DNA of 64,000 nt from assembly GCF_041689975.1 (NCBI RefSeq), contig NZ_JBDNFF010000075.1:585-64584 (forward strand), in the 5' to 3' direction. Shown here piece by piece: positions 9,574-18,440 of the stretch; positions within the stretch are counted from its first letter, which is position 1; every line of letters starts with the position of its first letter. The notes under the pieces are model-generated. The model saw nothing but the letters and a program-made list of their open reading frames with translations. It was not told where the DNA came from and did no database searches. The translations under genes and the position numbers were made by a program. This DNA is from Gemmatimonas sp. Its GTDB lineage: Bacteria; Gemmatimonadota; Gemmatimonadetes; Gemmatimonadales; Gemmatimonadaceae.

Positions 9574-11946
9574 ATGCCCGACGGTCAGCGAGCGGCCCTG
9601 AGGGCGGCGGAGGCAGAGGCCGAATCGAATCTGCTGCGCGACCGCGTCACAGCGGCCGTCGGCGACTTGTATCTTATCGAGCAGGAAGTCGGTCGTGGTG
9701 GCATGGCCGTGGTCTATGCCGCCGAGGACGTGCGCTTGCAGCGACCGGTCGCGCTCAAGGTGTTGCCCCCGGAGCTCGCGTTTCGTGGTGATGTGCGCGA
9801 GCGCTTCGTACGCGAAGCGCAGACTGCGGCGCGGCTGAATCATCCGCATATCGTGCCGATTTATGCCGTACACGAGGTAGGCGGGTTGGTGTGCTTCGCG
9901 ATGGCGCTGGTGAAGGGTGAGAGTCTGGCGGCGCGCCTCGTACGCGAACCGCGACCGTCCTTCGAGTACATCGCGCATACGCTCGAGCAGGTGGCTGACG
10001 CCCTGGCGTATGCGCATGCTTGTGGCGTGGTGCATCGCGACGTGAAACCGGACAATGTGTTGGGCGACAAGGATTCCGGTCGCGCGATGGTCACGGACTT
10101 CGGGATCGCCCGGGCGGCGGAAAGCGGATCACGGCTTACACAGACCGGAGTCGCCGTGGGAACGCCGGCGTTCATGAGCCCTGAGCAGGCCACCGGCGAC
10201 CGCGAGATTGATGGACGCAGCGACATCTACTCGCTGGGTGTCGTCGGATATCTCATGCTGGCCGGTCGACTGCCGTTCGAGGCGACCACGACGCCAGCGA
10301 TGCTGATGAAGCACGTGAGCGAAACGCCAATGCCGATTCGCGCGGTGCGTCCCGATGCCCCGTTCGCGCTGGTGGAGATTCTCGAGCGTTGCCTGGCCAA
10401 GCGGCCGCAGGATCGCTGGGACAATGCGATGCAACTGCGTGATGCGCTGCGGAAAGCACAGCGTGACGGCTCACTGCAGACCGGTGCGCACCGGGGCAGT
10501 GCACCGCCGCCGCAGGTAACGGCGCCGGTGAGCTACAACGCGCCGCAGAGTGGCCGCAGCGCGGAGCCTCGTGCGCCGGACCCTCGTGAAGACGCGCGCT
10601 ATGGATATCGGTCGGAGGACTGGGCGCCGCGAGCTGTCGTGGCCCCGGCGCCGGCACCACGTTCGTATCCCGCACCCGGCGCGCTGCCGCCGATGCCGGC
10701 ATTGCCGCCGCTTCCTCCCGGTGCGCCGCGCGAACAGATGAAAGCGTGGAATCGTGCGCAGAAGGACGCGATGCAGGATTGGCGCGTGGCCATACGACAG
10801 CAACGCCGCGACGTGCAGTCGCAGTGGAACGATCAGTACGGTGACGCCACCGCCGCGTGGCGGAGCGACGACGACGTGATCGAGCGATTCAAAGGGCAGA
10901 TGCTCACGACCGCGGGGTTGATCGTGTTCCTCAGCGTGATCAATGCGACGACCAGCCCGGGCTTTCCGTGGGCTATTTTCCCGGCGATGGGCATGGGGAT
11001 GGGGGTGCTCGGCCGCTACACCAGACTCCGTCGTCGTGGTATTACGTGGGGACGCATCTTCGGGGACGACACCACGCCGAAGTCCGATAGCGATCCGCGC
11101 AGCAAGCCGGCGCGTATCGCGGAGGCGTCGCGGGCGTTCGTGAAGCACGCGAAGTGGCTCATGGGCTCGGCCGTCGCGTCGCTGGGCAGCCTCGTGATCG
11201 GCGCGTCGCTCGAAATCAGTCCGATGGTGATTCCCATGGTAGCCGCCGGTCTCGCTGCACTGGCCAGCGTGCAGCTGCTCGCGCGCGATTACATGCGCCT
11301 GCGCCGACTCGGCGTGTCGGCAGGCGACGCGTGGAACGGCTCGTGGGAAGCCATCGCCGAGCGTTCCGACGACCGTCCGTACGAGGTGAGGATGCGCGAG
11401 CAACTCGCGCTGGTGGCCGGCGATCAGCTGCTGGCGTCGGCGTATGGCGAGTTACTCCGCAATGCGGTGGATGATCGGCTCACGATCAAAGACGTCACGT
11501 CGAAGCTGAGCGACGCCGACGGGTCGCTGGTGCCCGACGTCGAGCCCACCGCCGATGCATTACTGGAGCGTATCAGCGCGCTCGCCAACGGACTCGAACG
11601 ACTGCAACGCGATCTGCCCACCGATGCGCTCACGCAACTCGAAACCCGGGTGGCGTCGGTGCAGGCAGAACCGGAACAAGCCCCCGACCGGGAGCGCCGG
11701 CTCACGCTGCTCACCCGGCAGCTTTCGTCGTTGGAGGAGCTCGTCGCGCGACGCGAAACGATGCAGCGCCAACTCGAGAGTGCGTCGATGGCGCTGCGGT
11801 CATTGCGTCTCGATATCGTGAAGCTGCGCACAATGGGCGTCGGCTCGGCGATCGACGATGTCACGAACGCGACGCAGGAAGCGAGAGCGCTGTCGAGAGA
11901 CCTGGGGCACGTGATCAGCGCGGTGGACGAAATGCGGAGGCTGTGA
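9574..11946 (+). CDS. Membrane Ser/Thr protein kinase, paralogue 2 (same architecture, two TM hairpins)
   Basis: GRGGMAVVY, VALK, HRDVKPDN, DFG, SPE. Starts 12 nt after the paralogue 1 stop. Its C-terminal tail aligns with paralogues 1 and 3. Confidence 0.9.
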   Translation: MPDGQRAALRAAEAEAESNLLRDRVTAAVGDLYLIEQEVGRGGMAVVYAAEDVRLQRPVALKVLPPELAFRGDVRERFVREAQTAARLNHPHIVPIYAVHEVGGLVCFAMALVKGESLAARLVREPRPSFEYIAHTLEQVADALAYAHACGVVHRDVKPDNVLGDKDSGRAMVTDFGIARAAESGSRLTQTGVAVGTPAFMSPEQATGDREIDGRSDIYSLGVVGYLMLAGRLPFEATTTPAMLMKHVSETPMPIRAVRPDAPFALVEILERCLAKRPQDRWDNAMQLRDALRKAQRDGSLQTGAHRGSAPPPQVTAPVSYNAPQSGRSAEPRAPDPREDARYGYRSEDWAPRAVVAPAPAPRSYPAPGALPPMPALPPLPPGAPREQMKAWNRAQKDAMQDWRVAIRQQRRDVQSQWNDQYGDATAAWRSDDDVIERFKGQMLTTAGLIVFLSVINATTSPGFPWAIFPAMGMGMGVLGRYTRLRRRGITWGRIFGDDTTPKSDSDPRSKPARIAEASRAFVKHAKWLMGSAVASLGSLVIGASLEISPMVIPMVAAGLAALASVQLLARDYMRLRRLGVSAGDAWNGSWEAIAERSDDRPYEVRMREQLALVAGDQLLASAYGELLRNAVDDRLTIKDVTSKLSDADGSLVPDVEPTADALLERISALANGLERLQRDLPTDALTQLETRVASVQAEPEQAPDRERRLTLLTRQLSSLEELVARRETMQRQLESASMALRSLRLDIVKLRTMGVGSAIDDVTNATQEARALSRDLGHVISAVDEMRRL

Positions 11947-12003
11947 CTGCGCATCGGTTTCAGTCCAGCGCTCATTCGCCAGCGTCAGCGATCCGACTTT
12001 TAA

Positions 12004-12170
12004 TAGTGTTCAGAACTCAGCAACGATAGTGCACCGTTTCGAGTGATTTGATGGTGCGTGACCGCGCACGTCGCGATGAGTGCCAAACCGCTCGGCACTG
12101 TGCACTATGGTTGCTCGTGTCTGAACACTATACAAAGTCTGATGTCTGTCTCTGATCATGCTGAGTTCTG
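12004..12170. other. Low-GC structured intergenic element (long inverted repeat, candidate ncRNA or MITE-like relic)
   Basis: 31-nt arms at 12004-12034 and 12100-12130 (26 Watson-Crick pairs + 1 GU). Internal stems GTGCG/CGCAC and AGTGCC/GGCACT. Third copy of the arm core TGCTGAGTTCTG at 12159-12170. Confidence 0.4.
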
Positions 12171-12197
12171 CACTCTGAATCCGTACCTGATCCGCGC

Positions 12198-12500
12198 TCA
12201 GTATTCCCGTTCCTCGAATTCCGACACCAGCGTCGCGTGCCCATGTCGCGTCGCGGCGTCCGTACCTTTTTCGCACGCAGCGCGTGCTTCGTCGCCGCGG
12301 CCGAGCGCGTGCAGCGTATCGGCGTACCGCAGCCAGCCGTTGCCTTCATCATCGTGTATTGCCAGATACGCGCCCAACTCCACTTCGGCCTCGTCCAGCA
12401 GGCCGGCCTTGAGCAGTTCGTTGGCGAGACCGAAGCGGGCGAGCGGATTGGACGGCTGTTTGGCGGCCATGGCGCGCATAGTGGCGAGGCGATCTGTCAT
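12198..12500 (-). CDS. Small TPR-like protein
   Basis: 100 aa, helical-repeat character (ARFGLANELLKAGLLDEAEVELGAYLAI...WLRYADTLHALGRGDEARAACEKG). GC-rich third codon positions. Confidence 0.6.
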   Translation of the reverse strand: MTDRLATMRAMAAKQPSNPLARFGLANELLKAGLLDEAEVELGAYLAIHDDEGNGWLRYADTLHALGRGDEARAACEKGTDAATRHGHATLVSEFEEREY

Positions 12501-12572
12501 GAAAATCGGGCGGTTGGAGGGGTGTGAACTGACCGAGGCGGAACATCTTTGTCGATCTCCTCCCCCTACAGA

Positions 12573-13427
12573 TCAGCGGGTCAGGAGTTCCGCGACGAGC
12601 GCGCCGAGTCGGTCGGGCGCTTCTTCGGGCGCGACGTGCGCGACGCCGGGTAGTTCGCGCCGTTCGACACCTTTGGGCGCAGCAAGGAGAAGTGCTTCGC
12701 CGAGCTCGAGCGCTCGGGCTGCCGGGACGAAGGGATCGCTTGATGCGGTGGCGAACAGTACGGGGCAGGCGATCGCTCCCGGCATGAGGGCCTCCGTCGT
12801 ATCGCCGCGCGACGCCGCGAGGGCCGCGAGCTGTGCGCACGCTGACTCGCGTCCGTCCCGGGTGCGAAAACTTTTCAGGTAGAGATCCAGTGAGCGCGCG
12901 CCGACGTCGCGGTGCGCGTAACACGGCAGCAAGGCTGTGTGAAGCGCCGACGCCAGCCACCCCGACGACAGGCGGCGCCAGAGTGGAAGGAACGGCACCA
13001 GTCGCGCCACACGGCGACTCAACGCCACGTCGCCGGGCCGGCACCCGATCATCGTGGGATTCACGAGGAGCAGATGCGCGACGCGCTCCGGGTGCTCGTG
13101 GGCCACAACGGTCGCGATGGCGGCACCCATGCCGTGTCCCACCAGCGACGCCCGATGAACGCCAAGCACCTTGAGGAGTGCGGCCACGCGCATGGCGTGT
13201 GCGGCCACCGTCATGGAGTGGGTCCCGGGCGGGTCGCTGCGTCCGTGTCCAAGGAGGTCGAGCACCAGGACCCGGTGTCCTTTCGGCAGACGCGGGAGCA
13301 CGTCCTGCCACAGATGGGACGAGGTGAACGCCCCATGGATCAGCACGATCGGCTCGCCGGCGCCGCGTTCGCCGAAGGCGTAGCAATAAAGGCGCACGCC
13401 TCCCAGATCGACGAACTCGCCGCGCAT
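12573..13427 (-). CDS. Alpha/beta-fold hydrolase homologue with Gly at the nucleophile position
   Basis: IVLIHGAF oxyanion region; nucleophile elbow reads LVGHGMGA instead of GHSMG. Acid (SSDPFV) and His (GVAHVAPEE) are retained. Start taken at ATG 13427; the ORF track extends to 13550. Confidence 0.8.
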   Translation of the reverse strand: MRGEFVDLGGVRLYCYAFGERGAGEPIVLIHGAFTSSHLWQDVLPRLPKGHRVLVLDLLGHGRSDPPGTHSMTVAAHAMRVAALLKVLGVHRASLVGHGMGAAIATVVAHEHPERVAHLLLVNPTMIGCRPGDVALSRRVARLVPFLPLWRRLSSGWLASALHTALLPCYAHRDVGARSLDLYLKSFRTRDGRESACAQLAALAASRGDTTEALMPGAIACPVLFATASSDPFVPAARALELGEALLLAAPKGVERRELPGVAHVAPEEAPDRLGALVAELLTR

Positions 13428-13604
13428 CAGTACCGCGTGCGGGAGTACGGCGGTCGCGCCACACGGAGTGGCGAACGGAGGCGAAAGCGCGCAGACATGA
13501 GTCGCGGTTAATCTCGACGGAACGGCGCGGTGGAACAAGCGATCCAGCAAAGCGGGGGCTACCGATTGGCACCCCCCGCTGTGTGCTACATGCTGCGGTG
13601 TCGG

Positions 13605-14003
13605 TCAGAAACCGCCGCGACGACCCTGCGGCATGGCTGCGATGTTCTCGTCGAACTTCTTCTTCTGTTCGTCGGTCAGCCCGGCCTTCAGCGCCCCGTT
13701 GCGTTCGGCGTTCATTTTCTGCATCGACTCGCGCATGGCAGCCATGTCGCCACCACCGTTGCGGGCCGCCATCATGGCTTCCTGCTGCTTCTTGCCGGCT
13801 TCGAGCATGACCGTATCGATCGTGGCCGACTGCGCGGCCGTGAGCGTGATATCCTTGAACAGCATTTCCTTTTGGCGCGTCATGCGCTCGGCGGGTGACA
13901 TCTGCATGCCACCAGCACCACCACCGCCGCCACCCTGGGCATAAGCGGGCACAGCGATCGCGAGGGCAGCCGCAGCGACGAACAGGCGGATCGTGTTCTT
14001 CAT
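13605..14003 (-). CDS. Periplasmic Spy/CpxP-family (LTxxQ motif) protein
   Basis: Signal peptide MKNTIRLFVAAAALAIAVPAYA. Two LTxxQ motifs (LTAAQ, LTDEQ). Helical, Met/Lys-rich. Confidence 0.75.
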   Translation of the reverse strand: MKNTIRLFVAAAALAIAVPAYAQGGGGGGAGGMQMSPAERMTRQKEMLFKDITLTAAQSATIDTVMLEAGKKQQEAMMAARNGGGDMAAMRESMQKMNAERNGALKAGLTDEQKKKFDENIAAMPQGRRGGF

Positions 14004-14200
14004 GATCAGGGAGTCTCGGTGGGTCGTTCGGCACGGTCCATGGCGCGGTCGCGCCGCTGACGTACCTCACACGCTAGACGCAAAAGCGTGCAGGAGTGTT
14101 AAGACGCCAGGGACGAGATAGATGAGGCCGTCTTTAAAACGGTGCAGTTCGTCCTTCACCCTCTGGCGGAACGTGTTTCAAGGGGTACAATTGCAGAATT

Positions 14201-15394
14201 GTGACCCTCCCGCCCCCGATCTCGCCGCTACCAGTGCCTGATTCGCAGCCGGTCCCTCCGGATGTGCGCCTCTCGCTGTACCAGCCGCTGCCGGCTCCAC
14301 CGCCGCCAACGCGGGGACCCGTGACGGTGCCCATGAGTTGGCTGCTCCGCACCGCGTCCTCGTCGGTACAGGTTCGCGCTACGAGGGCGTTCTGGCCCAA
14401 GGCGGCCGCGGAACCCGGCTGGGCCACGATGCCTTACGCCAGTCGGCAGGGCTGGCACCTGTTACTCATGCAGGATGGGGACGGACAGTGGCCGGGGGGC
14501 ATGCTCACGGTGCCGGCGGGGTTGTCTCTCGAGGGCATCGGGACTATTCCCGCCTATCGCCGGCTGCTGGAGCTGGGCTGGGATCCCGAGAGCCTCGCCC
14601 TCAGCTCCACCAAACGGTTGCTGTTCCGTCTCTTGGCCGAGGATGACGACCCGTCGTTTCTGGCCGAGCTGATGCCGACGGAATGGGATGGCGACCTGAT
14701 TCAGCGGGGGCGTCTGTTGCTGCGCGAGGCCGCGGCGGCGGCGTTGGCGCAGGCGGGTTACGAGAGCGATCCGCGGCTCCGCGGTGCGGCCCGCCGCTTG
14801 GTCGACCGGGTCATGACGTTCCTCAGGTCTCCGTTGGCGCAGAAGCCGTGGATGCGCCTGGGCAACCAGCATGTACTCCCGGCGGAGGTTACGGCGCCGT
14901 CGTACCATCTGCTGGTGATGCTGGCCTACATGCCGCTTTTCCGGAGCGAGCACTACGAGTTCATGGACCGGCTTTTCACGTACCTGACGCAACCCTGGCC
15001 CCGCCAGCAGCCCGTGCAGCAGGTGGGTCCGCATCTACTCGAGCAACCGCATCTCGTGTTGGGAGACCTGCTACCCACCCGGAATGCGATGGATGCCGAC
15101 ATGGCGTCGTCGCTGGGGTGGCTCGAGATCATGGCGCGCCTCGGCTACCTGAAGAAGCATGACGGCTGGTGCAAGCTCCTCGATCGCTTGCTCGACGACC
15201 GCGACCGGAAGCACGTGTGGACCCCACCGCGCTCGGTCGTGATGCCGGAACGCGTGCCCGCGTGGTCCTGGCCACTGCTTCCGCTCTCTGATCCGACCTT
15301 CGGCGAATCCGTAGATTCGGCTTTTTCGGCCGACGTCACCTTCCGGCTCGCCCTCATCGCCCAGCTGTGCGGTCGAGAGATTGAGCTGGTCTAG
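14201..15394 (+). CDS. Hypothetical protein (Pro-rich N-terminus, helical repeat body)
   Basis: 397-aa ORF opening with GTG, with coding-like codon bias. The only motif noticed is QDGDGQWPGG, faintly like prenyltransferase/terpene-cyclase repeats. No confident family. Confidence 0.6.
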   Translation: MTLPPPISPLPVPDSQPVPPDVRLSLYQPLPAPPPPTRGPVTVPMSWLLRTASSSVQVRATRAFWPKAAAEPGWATMPYASRQGWHLLLMQDGDGQWPGGMLTVPAGLSLEGIGTIPAYRRLLELGWDPESLALSSTKRLLFRLLAEDDDPSFLAELMPTEWDGDLIQRGRLLLREAAAAALAQAGYESDPRLRGAARRLVDRVMTFLRSPLAQKPWMRLGNQHVLPAEVTAPSYHLLVMLAYMPLFRSEHYEFMDRLFTYLTQPWPRQQPVQQVGPHLLEQPHLVLGDLLPTRNAMDADMASSLGWLEIMARLGYLKKHDGWCKLLDRLLDDRDRKHVWTPPRSVVMPERVPAWSWPLLPLSDPTFGESVDSAFSADVTFRLALIAQLCGREIELV

Positions 15395-15435
15395 GCTTCC
15401 ACGACGGCTTGACCGATTAGCTTTCCGGTCAACAC

Positions 15436-16596
15436 ATGACTGCAATCGACCCTGACACGCTGATCGACGATATTACGTTCGCCGATCTGGGCCTCGCCCA
15501 ACCCCTGCTCGCCGCACTCTCTGATGCCGGCTATGAGCGTCCCACGCCTATTCAACGCGATGCCATTCCGGTCGCGCTGAAAGGGCGCGACTTGATCGGT
15601 CTTGCTCAGACGGGCACCGGCAAGACGGCCAGCTTTACGCTGCCGATGGTGCATCGACTGTTGGGCGGACCACGCCGGACGCGCGTACTGGTACTCACCC
15701 CGACCCGTGAGCTCTGTCTCCAGGTCGAAGAGAGTGTGCGCAAGTACTCCAAGTACGCGCCGGTGGATGTGATTCCGGTATTCGGCGGCGTCGGCTACGA
15801 ACCACAGGAACGCGCGCTGCGGGCCGGCGTCGATGTGGTCGTCGCCACGCCGGGACGTCTCCTCGATCACCTCGAGAAACGCAACGTCGACTTCTCGTAT
15901 CTCGAGACGCTGGTGCTCGACGAAGCGGACCGCATGCTCGACATGGGATTCGCGCCGCAGCTCAATCGCATTGTCGAGCAGGTGCCGCGTTATCGGCAGA
16001 CGTTGCTCTTCAGCGCGACGATGCCGCCCGAAGTCGAGGCGCTCGCGCGGAAGTATCTCCGCAAGCCCGTCGTGGTACAGGTCGGTCGGCGTTCGTCAGC
16101 CGCGACCACGGTGACGCACGCGGTGTACCCGGTGCCGCGTCATCGCAAGAACGATCTCCTCGTGCATCTGCTCACCAAGGAATCGCACGATTCGGTGTTG
16201 GTGTTCACGCGCACGAAGAGTGGCGCGGATCGCGTGGTGCAGGATCTCGAGAAGGCGGGCGTGAAGGCCGGCGCGATGCACGCCGACAAGTCGCAGCGCG
16301 AACGCCTGGCGGCGCTCGAAGACTTCAAGTCAGGGAAGTTGCGGGTGCTCGTGGCCACCGACATCGCACAGCGCGGTCTCGATATCTCGGGGATCACACA
16401 CGTCATCAACTACGACGTGCCGCAGCAGCCGGAAGACTACGTGCACCGCATCGGTCGCACCGGCCGCGCGGCGAGCACGGGCGACGCGTACACGTTCATG
16501 TCGGCCGAAGAGATCGGAATGGTGCGCACGATCGAGCGCACGATCGGTCAGGAAATTCCGCGCGTGAGCGTGCCGGGGTTCGATTTCGGCACCTGA
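15436..16596 (+). CDS. rhlE: DEAD-box ATP-dependent RNA helicase (RhlE-like)
   Basis: Q-motif region, AQTGTGKT, DEAD, SAT, HRIGRTGRA. Confidence 0.92.
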   Translation: MTAIDPDTLIDDITFADLGLAQPLLAALSDAGYERPTPIQRDAIPVALKGRDLIGLAQTGTGKTASFTLPMVHRLLGGPRRTRVLVLTPTRELCLQVEESVRKYSKYAPVDVIPVFGGVGYEPQERALRAGVDVVVATPGRLLDHLEKRNVDFSYLETLVLDEADRMLDMGFAPQLNRIVEQVPRYRQTLLFSATMPPEVEALARKYLRKPVVVQVGRRSSAATTVTHAVYPVPRHRKNDLLVHLLTKESHDSVLVFTRTKSGADRVVQDLEKAGVKAGAMHADKSQRERLAALEDFKSGKLRVLVATDIAQRGLDISGITHVINYDVPQQPEDYVHRIGRTGRAASTGDAYTFMSAEEIGMVRTIERTIGQEIPRVSVPGFDFGT

Positions 16597-16611
16597 GTCC
16601 GCTCGACGGCG

Positions 16612-17043
16612 TCATCGTCGTTGCACGCGCCCGAGCCTCGATACCGTAATGGTGTCGGCTCGGGCGCTTCGTGTAAGCACGAGTCGCAGATTCGCGGCGC
16701 CGACGCCGAGGCCCGAGGGGGCGTAGCTGAGCGAATCGCGGGTGGCCTCGAGGGTGAGACCACTGCCCTGAAAGTCACCGACGGCGATCGTATCGCGTCC
16801 CACGTGCACGACGACGCGCGTGGCCGCGACATCGAAGCGCACGGCGGTGCGGTCGCCGGTGGCGATGGCGTGATCGCGCGCGAGCGCGAGCAGGTCAACC
16901 GTTGCCTGCGCCGCCATCGCGACGTCGAGCGCGGCAAACAGCGTACCTCCGGAGGTCACGGCGAGCGCGGCCAAACCGCCGGTGAGCACGAGCAGCCACA
17001 GCTGCTCCACGAGCGTCGCGCCGCGGCGCGGACGCCATTGCAC
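16612..17043 (-). CDS. GspH/FimT-like pseudopilin (type IV pilin-like N-terminus)
   Basis: Prepilin signature RPRRG|ATLVEQLWLLVLTGGLAALAV (Gly -1, Glu +5). GTG 17043 gives a classical short basic leader. The ORF-track start at 17211 adds a His/Pro-rich 56 aa that looks non-coding. Confidence 0.7.
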   Translation of the reverse strand: MQWRPRRGATLVEQLWLLVLTGGLAALAVTSGGTLFAALDVAMAAQATVDLLALARDHAIATGDRTAVRFDVAATRVVVHVGRDTIAVGDFQGSGLTLEATRDSLSYAPSGLGVGAANLRLVLTRSARADTITVSRLGRVQRR

Positions 17044-17348
17044 GGCTGCGGCCTGTGGTGTGGAACGGCGTCGGTGATGGGCCACGTGATGGGCCGCAGG
17101 TAGGTGTGAGGGGGTGTGGGGCGCTGGTGTCGGTGACATGTGGGCAGGGTGTCGTGGAGGGGCGCGGTGTCTGAATCCTTGAGCATCGAGACACTCACCG
17201 CGTTGGATCACACAATCAGTCCGCGGCCGTCGAACACTGTCATCCGAACTACGCCGCCATCATCCTCGCATCGCCCAACGCCCTGGATCCGTGACGACGC
17301 GATAGATTATCGCGATCACTCCCAACTCCACGACCCATCTCTTCTGAC

Positions 17349-18428
17349 ATGCGGATTGCGATTTCCACCGGCGGCGGTGACGCCCCGGGACTCAACGCCG
17401 TCATTCGGGCCGCGGTGCTCTCCGCGCGTACCCGCGGCTGGGACGTGCTTGGCATCAAGCGCGGATACGCCGGACTCCTCGGCGAGGACGAGATCGTCCC
17501 GCTTACCGAAGACAGCGTGCGCGGGATCGCCAATCAGGGCGGTACGATCATCAAGACGACGAATCGTGGCAGTCCATTCGCGTATCCGATTCTTCAATCC
17601 GATGGGACGTGGAAAAACGTCGATCGCTCTGACGAACTCGTGGAGAATGCCCGCAACCTCGGCATCGAAGCGATCATCTCGATCGGCGGGGACGGCTCGC
17701 TGAAGATCGCGGCGCAGCTGGTGGCCAAGGGCATGCGCGTGATCAGCGTGCCGAAGACGATCGACAATGACGTCCCCGGCACCGTGACGACCTTCGGTTT
17801 CGACACGGCGGTGAACACGGCCATGGAAGCCATCGACAAACTGCACACCACGGCAGAGTCGCACGACCGCGTCATGGTGCTGGAAGTCATGGGACGCGAT
17901 GCGGGATTCATCGCGCTGCACGCCGGTGTGGCCGGCACCGCCGATGTGATCCTGATTCCCGAGATTGCGTGGGACATCGAGAAGGTCTGTGAGAAGATCA
18001 TGGACCGCGACGCGGCGGGTCGTCGCTTCAGCATCGTCGTGGTCGCTGAAGGCTCGAAGCCCAAGGGGGGCATGGAGTCCATCATCGGCGCGTCGTTGCC
18101 AGGACAGGATCGTCGTTTAGGTGGTATCGCCGATCGGCTGGGCTATGACATTCAGCGGATCACGGGCAAAGAGACCCGCTCGATGGTCCTCGGGCACCTG
18201 CAGCGCGGCGGATCACCAACAGGCTATGATCGACTCCTCGCCACGCGCTTCGGCGCGGCCGCGGTGCAGGCGGTGGCCGACAAGAAATGGGGTCACATGG
18301 TGGCGCTGCAGTCGCCGAACCTCGTGACCATCCCGATCGACGACGTGCTCAAGGAAACGAAGCGCGTCGACCCTGCCCACGATGTCGTGCAGGCCGCGAG
18401 GATGCTGGGAATCTCGTTTGGGGACTGA
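17349..18428 (+). CDS. pfkA: 6-phosphofructokinase (phosphoryl donor not resolved)
   Basis: GGGDAPGLNA, IGGDGSL, PKTIDND, MGRDAGFIAL. Confidence 0.92.
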   Translation: MRIAISTGGGDAPGLNAVIRAAVLSARTRGWDVLGIKRGYAGLLGEDEIVPLTEDSVRGIANQGGTIIKTTNRGSPFAYPILQSDGTWKNVDRSDELVENARNLGIEAIISIGGDGSLKIAAQLVAKGMRVISVPKTIDNDVPGTVTTFGFDTAVNTAMEAIDKLHTTAESHDRVMVLEVMGRDAGFIALHAGVAGTADVILIPEIAWDIEKVCEKIMDRDAAGRRFSIVVVAEGSKPKGGMESIIGASLPGQDRRLGGIADRLGYDIQRITGKETRSMVLGHLQRGGSPTGYDRLLATRFGAAAVQAVADKKWGHMVALQSPNLVTIPIDDVLKETKRVDPAHDVVQAARMLGISFGD

Positions 18429-18440
18429 TGGCGTAACGGC

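Noticed and set aside
8515-10035. 506-aa ORF antisense to the junction of kinases 1 and 2.
   Set aside because: It lies entirely opposite two genes with unmistakable kinase motifs. It is Arg/His-rich with low-complexity composition, typical of spurious antisense frames in high-GC DNA.
12004-12130. Calling the inverted-repeat element a mobile element (MITE).
   Set aside because: No target-site duplication is evident, there is no transposase in the window, and no second copy is visible. It is kept only as a structured element of unknown nature.
12349-14070. 573-aa minus-strand ORF spanning the TPR, hydrolase and Spy-like genes.
   Set aside because: It is an extremely Arg/Pro-rich out-of-frame read-through of three better-supported genes, with no recognisable domain.
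14150-14200. Sigma-54-like TGGCGGAACGTGTTTC upstream of the 14201 ORF.
   Set aside because: The spacing of the GG and (T)GC elements is off by one, and the -12 element is TTTC rather than TTGC, so it is not a convincing match.
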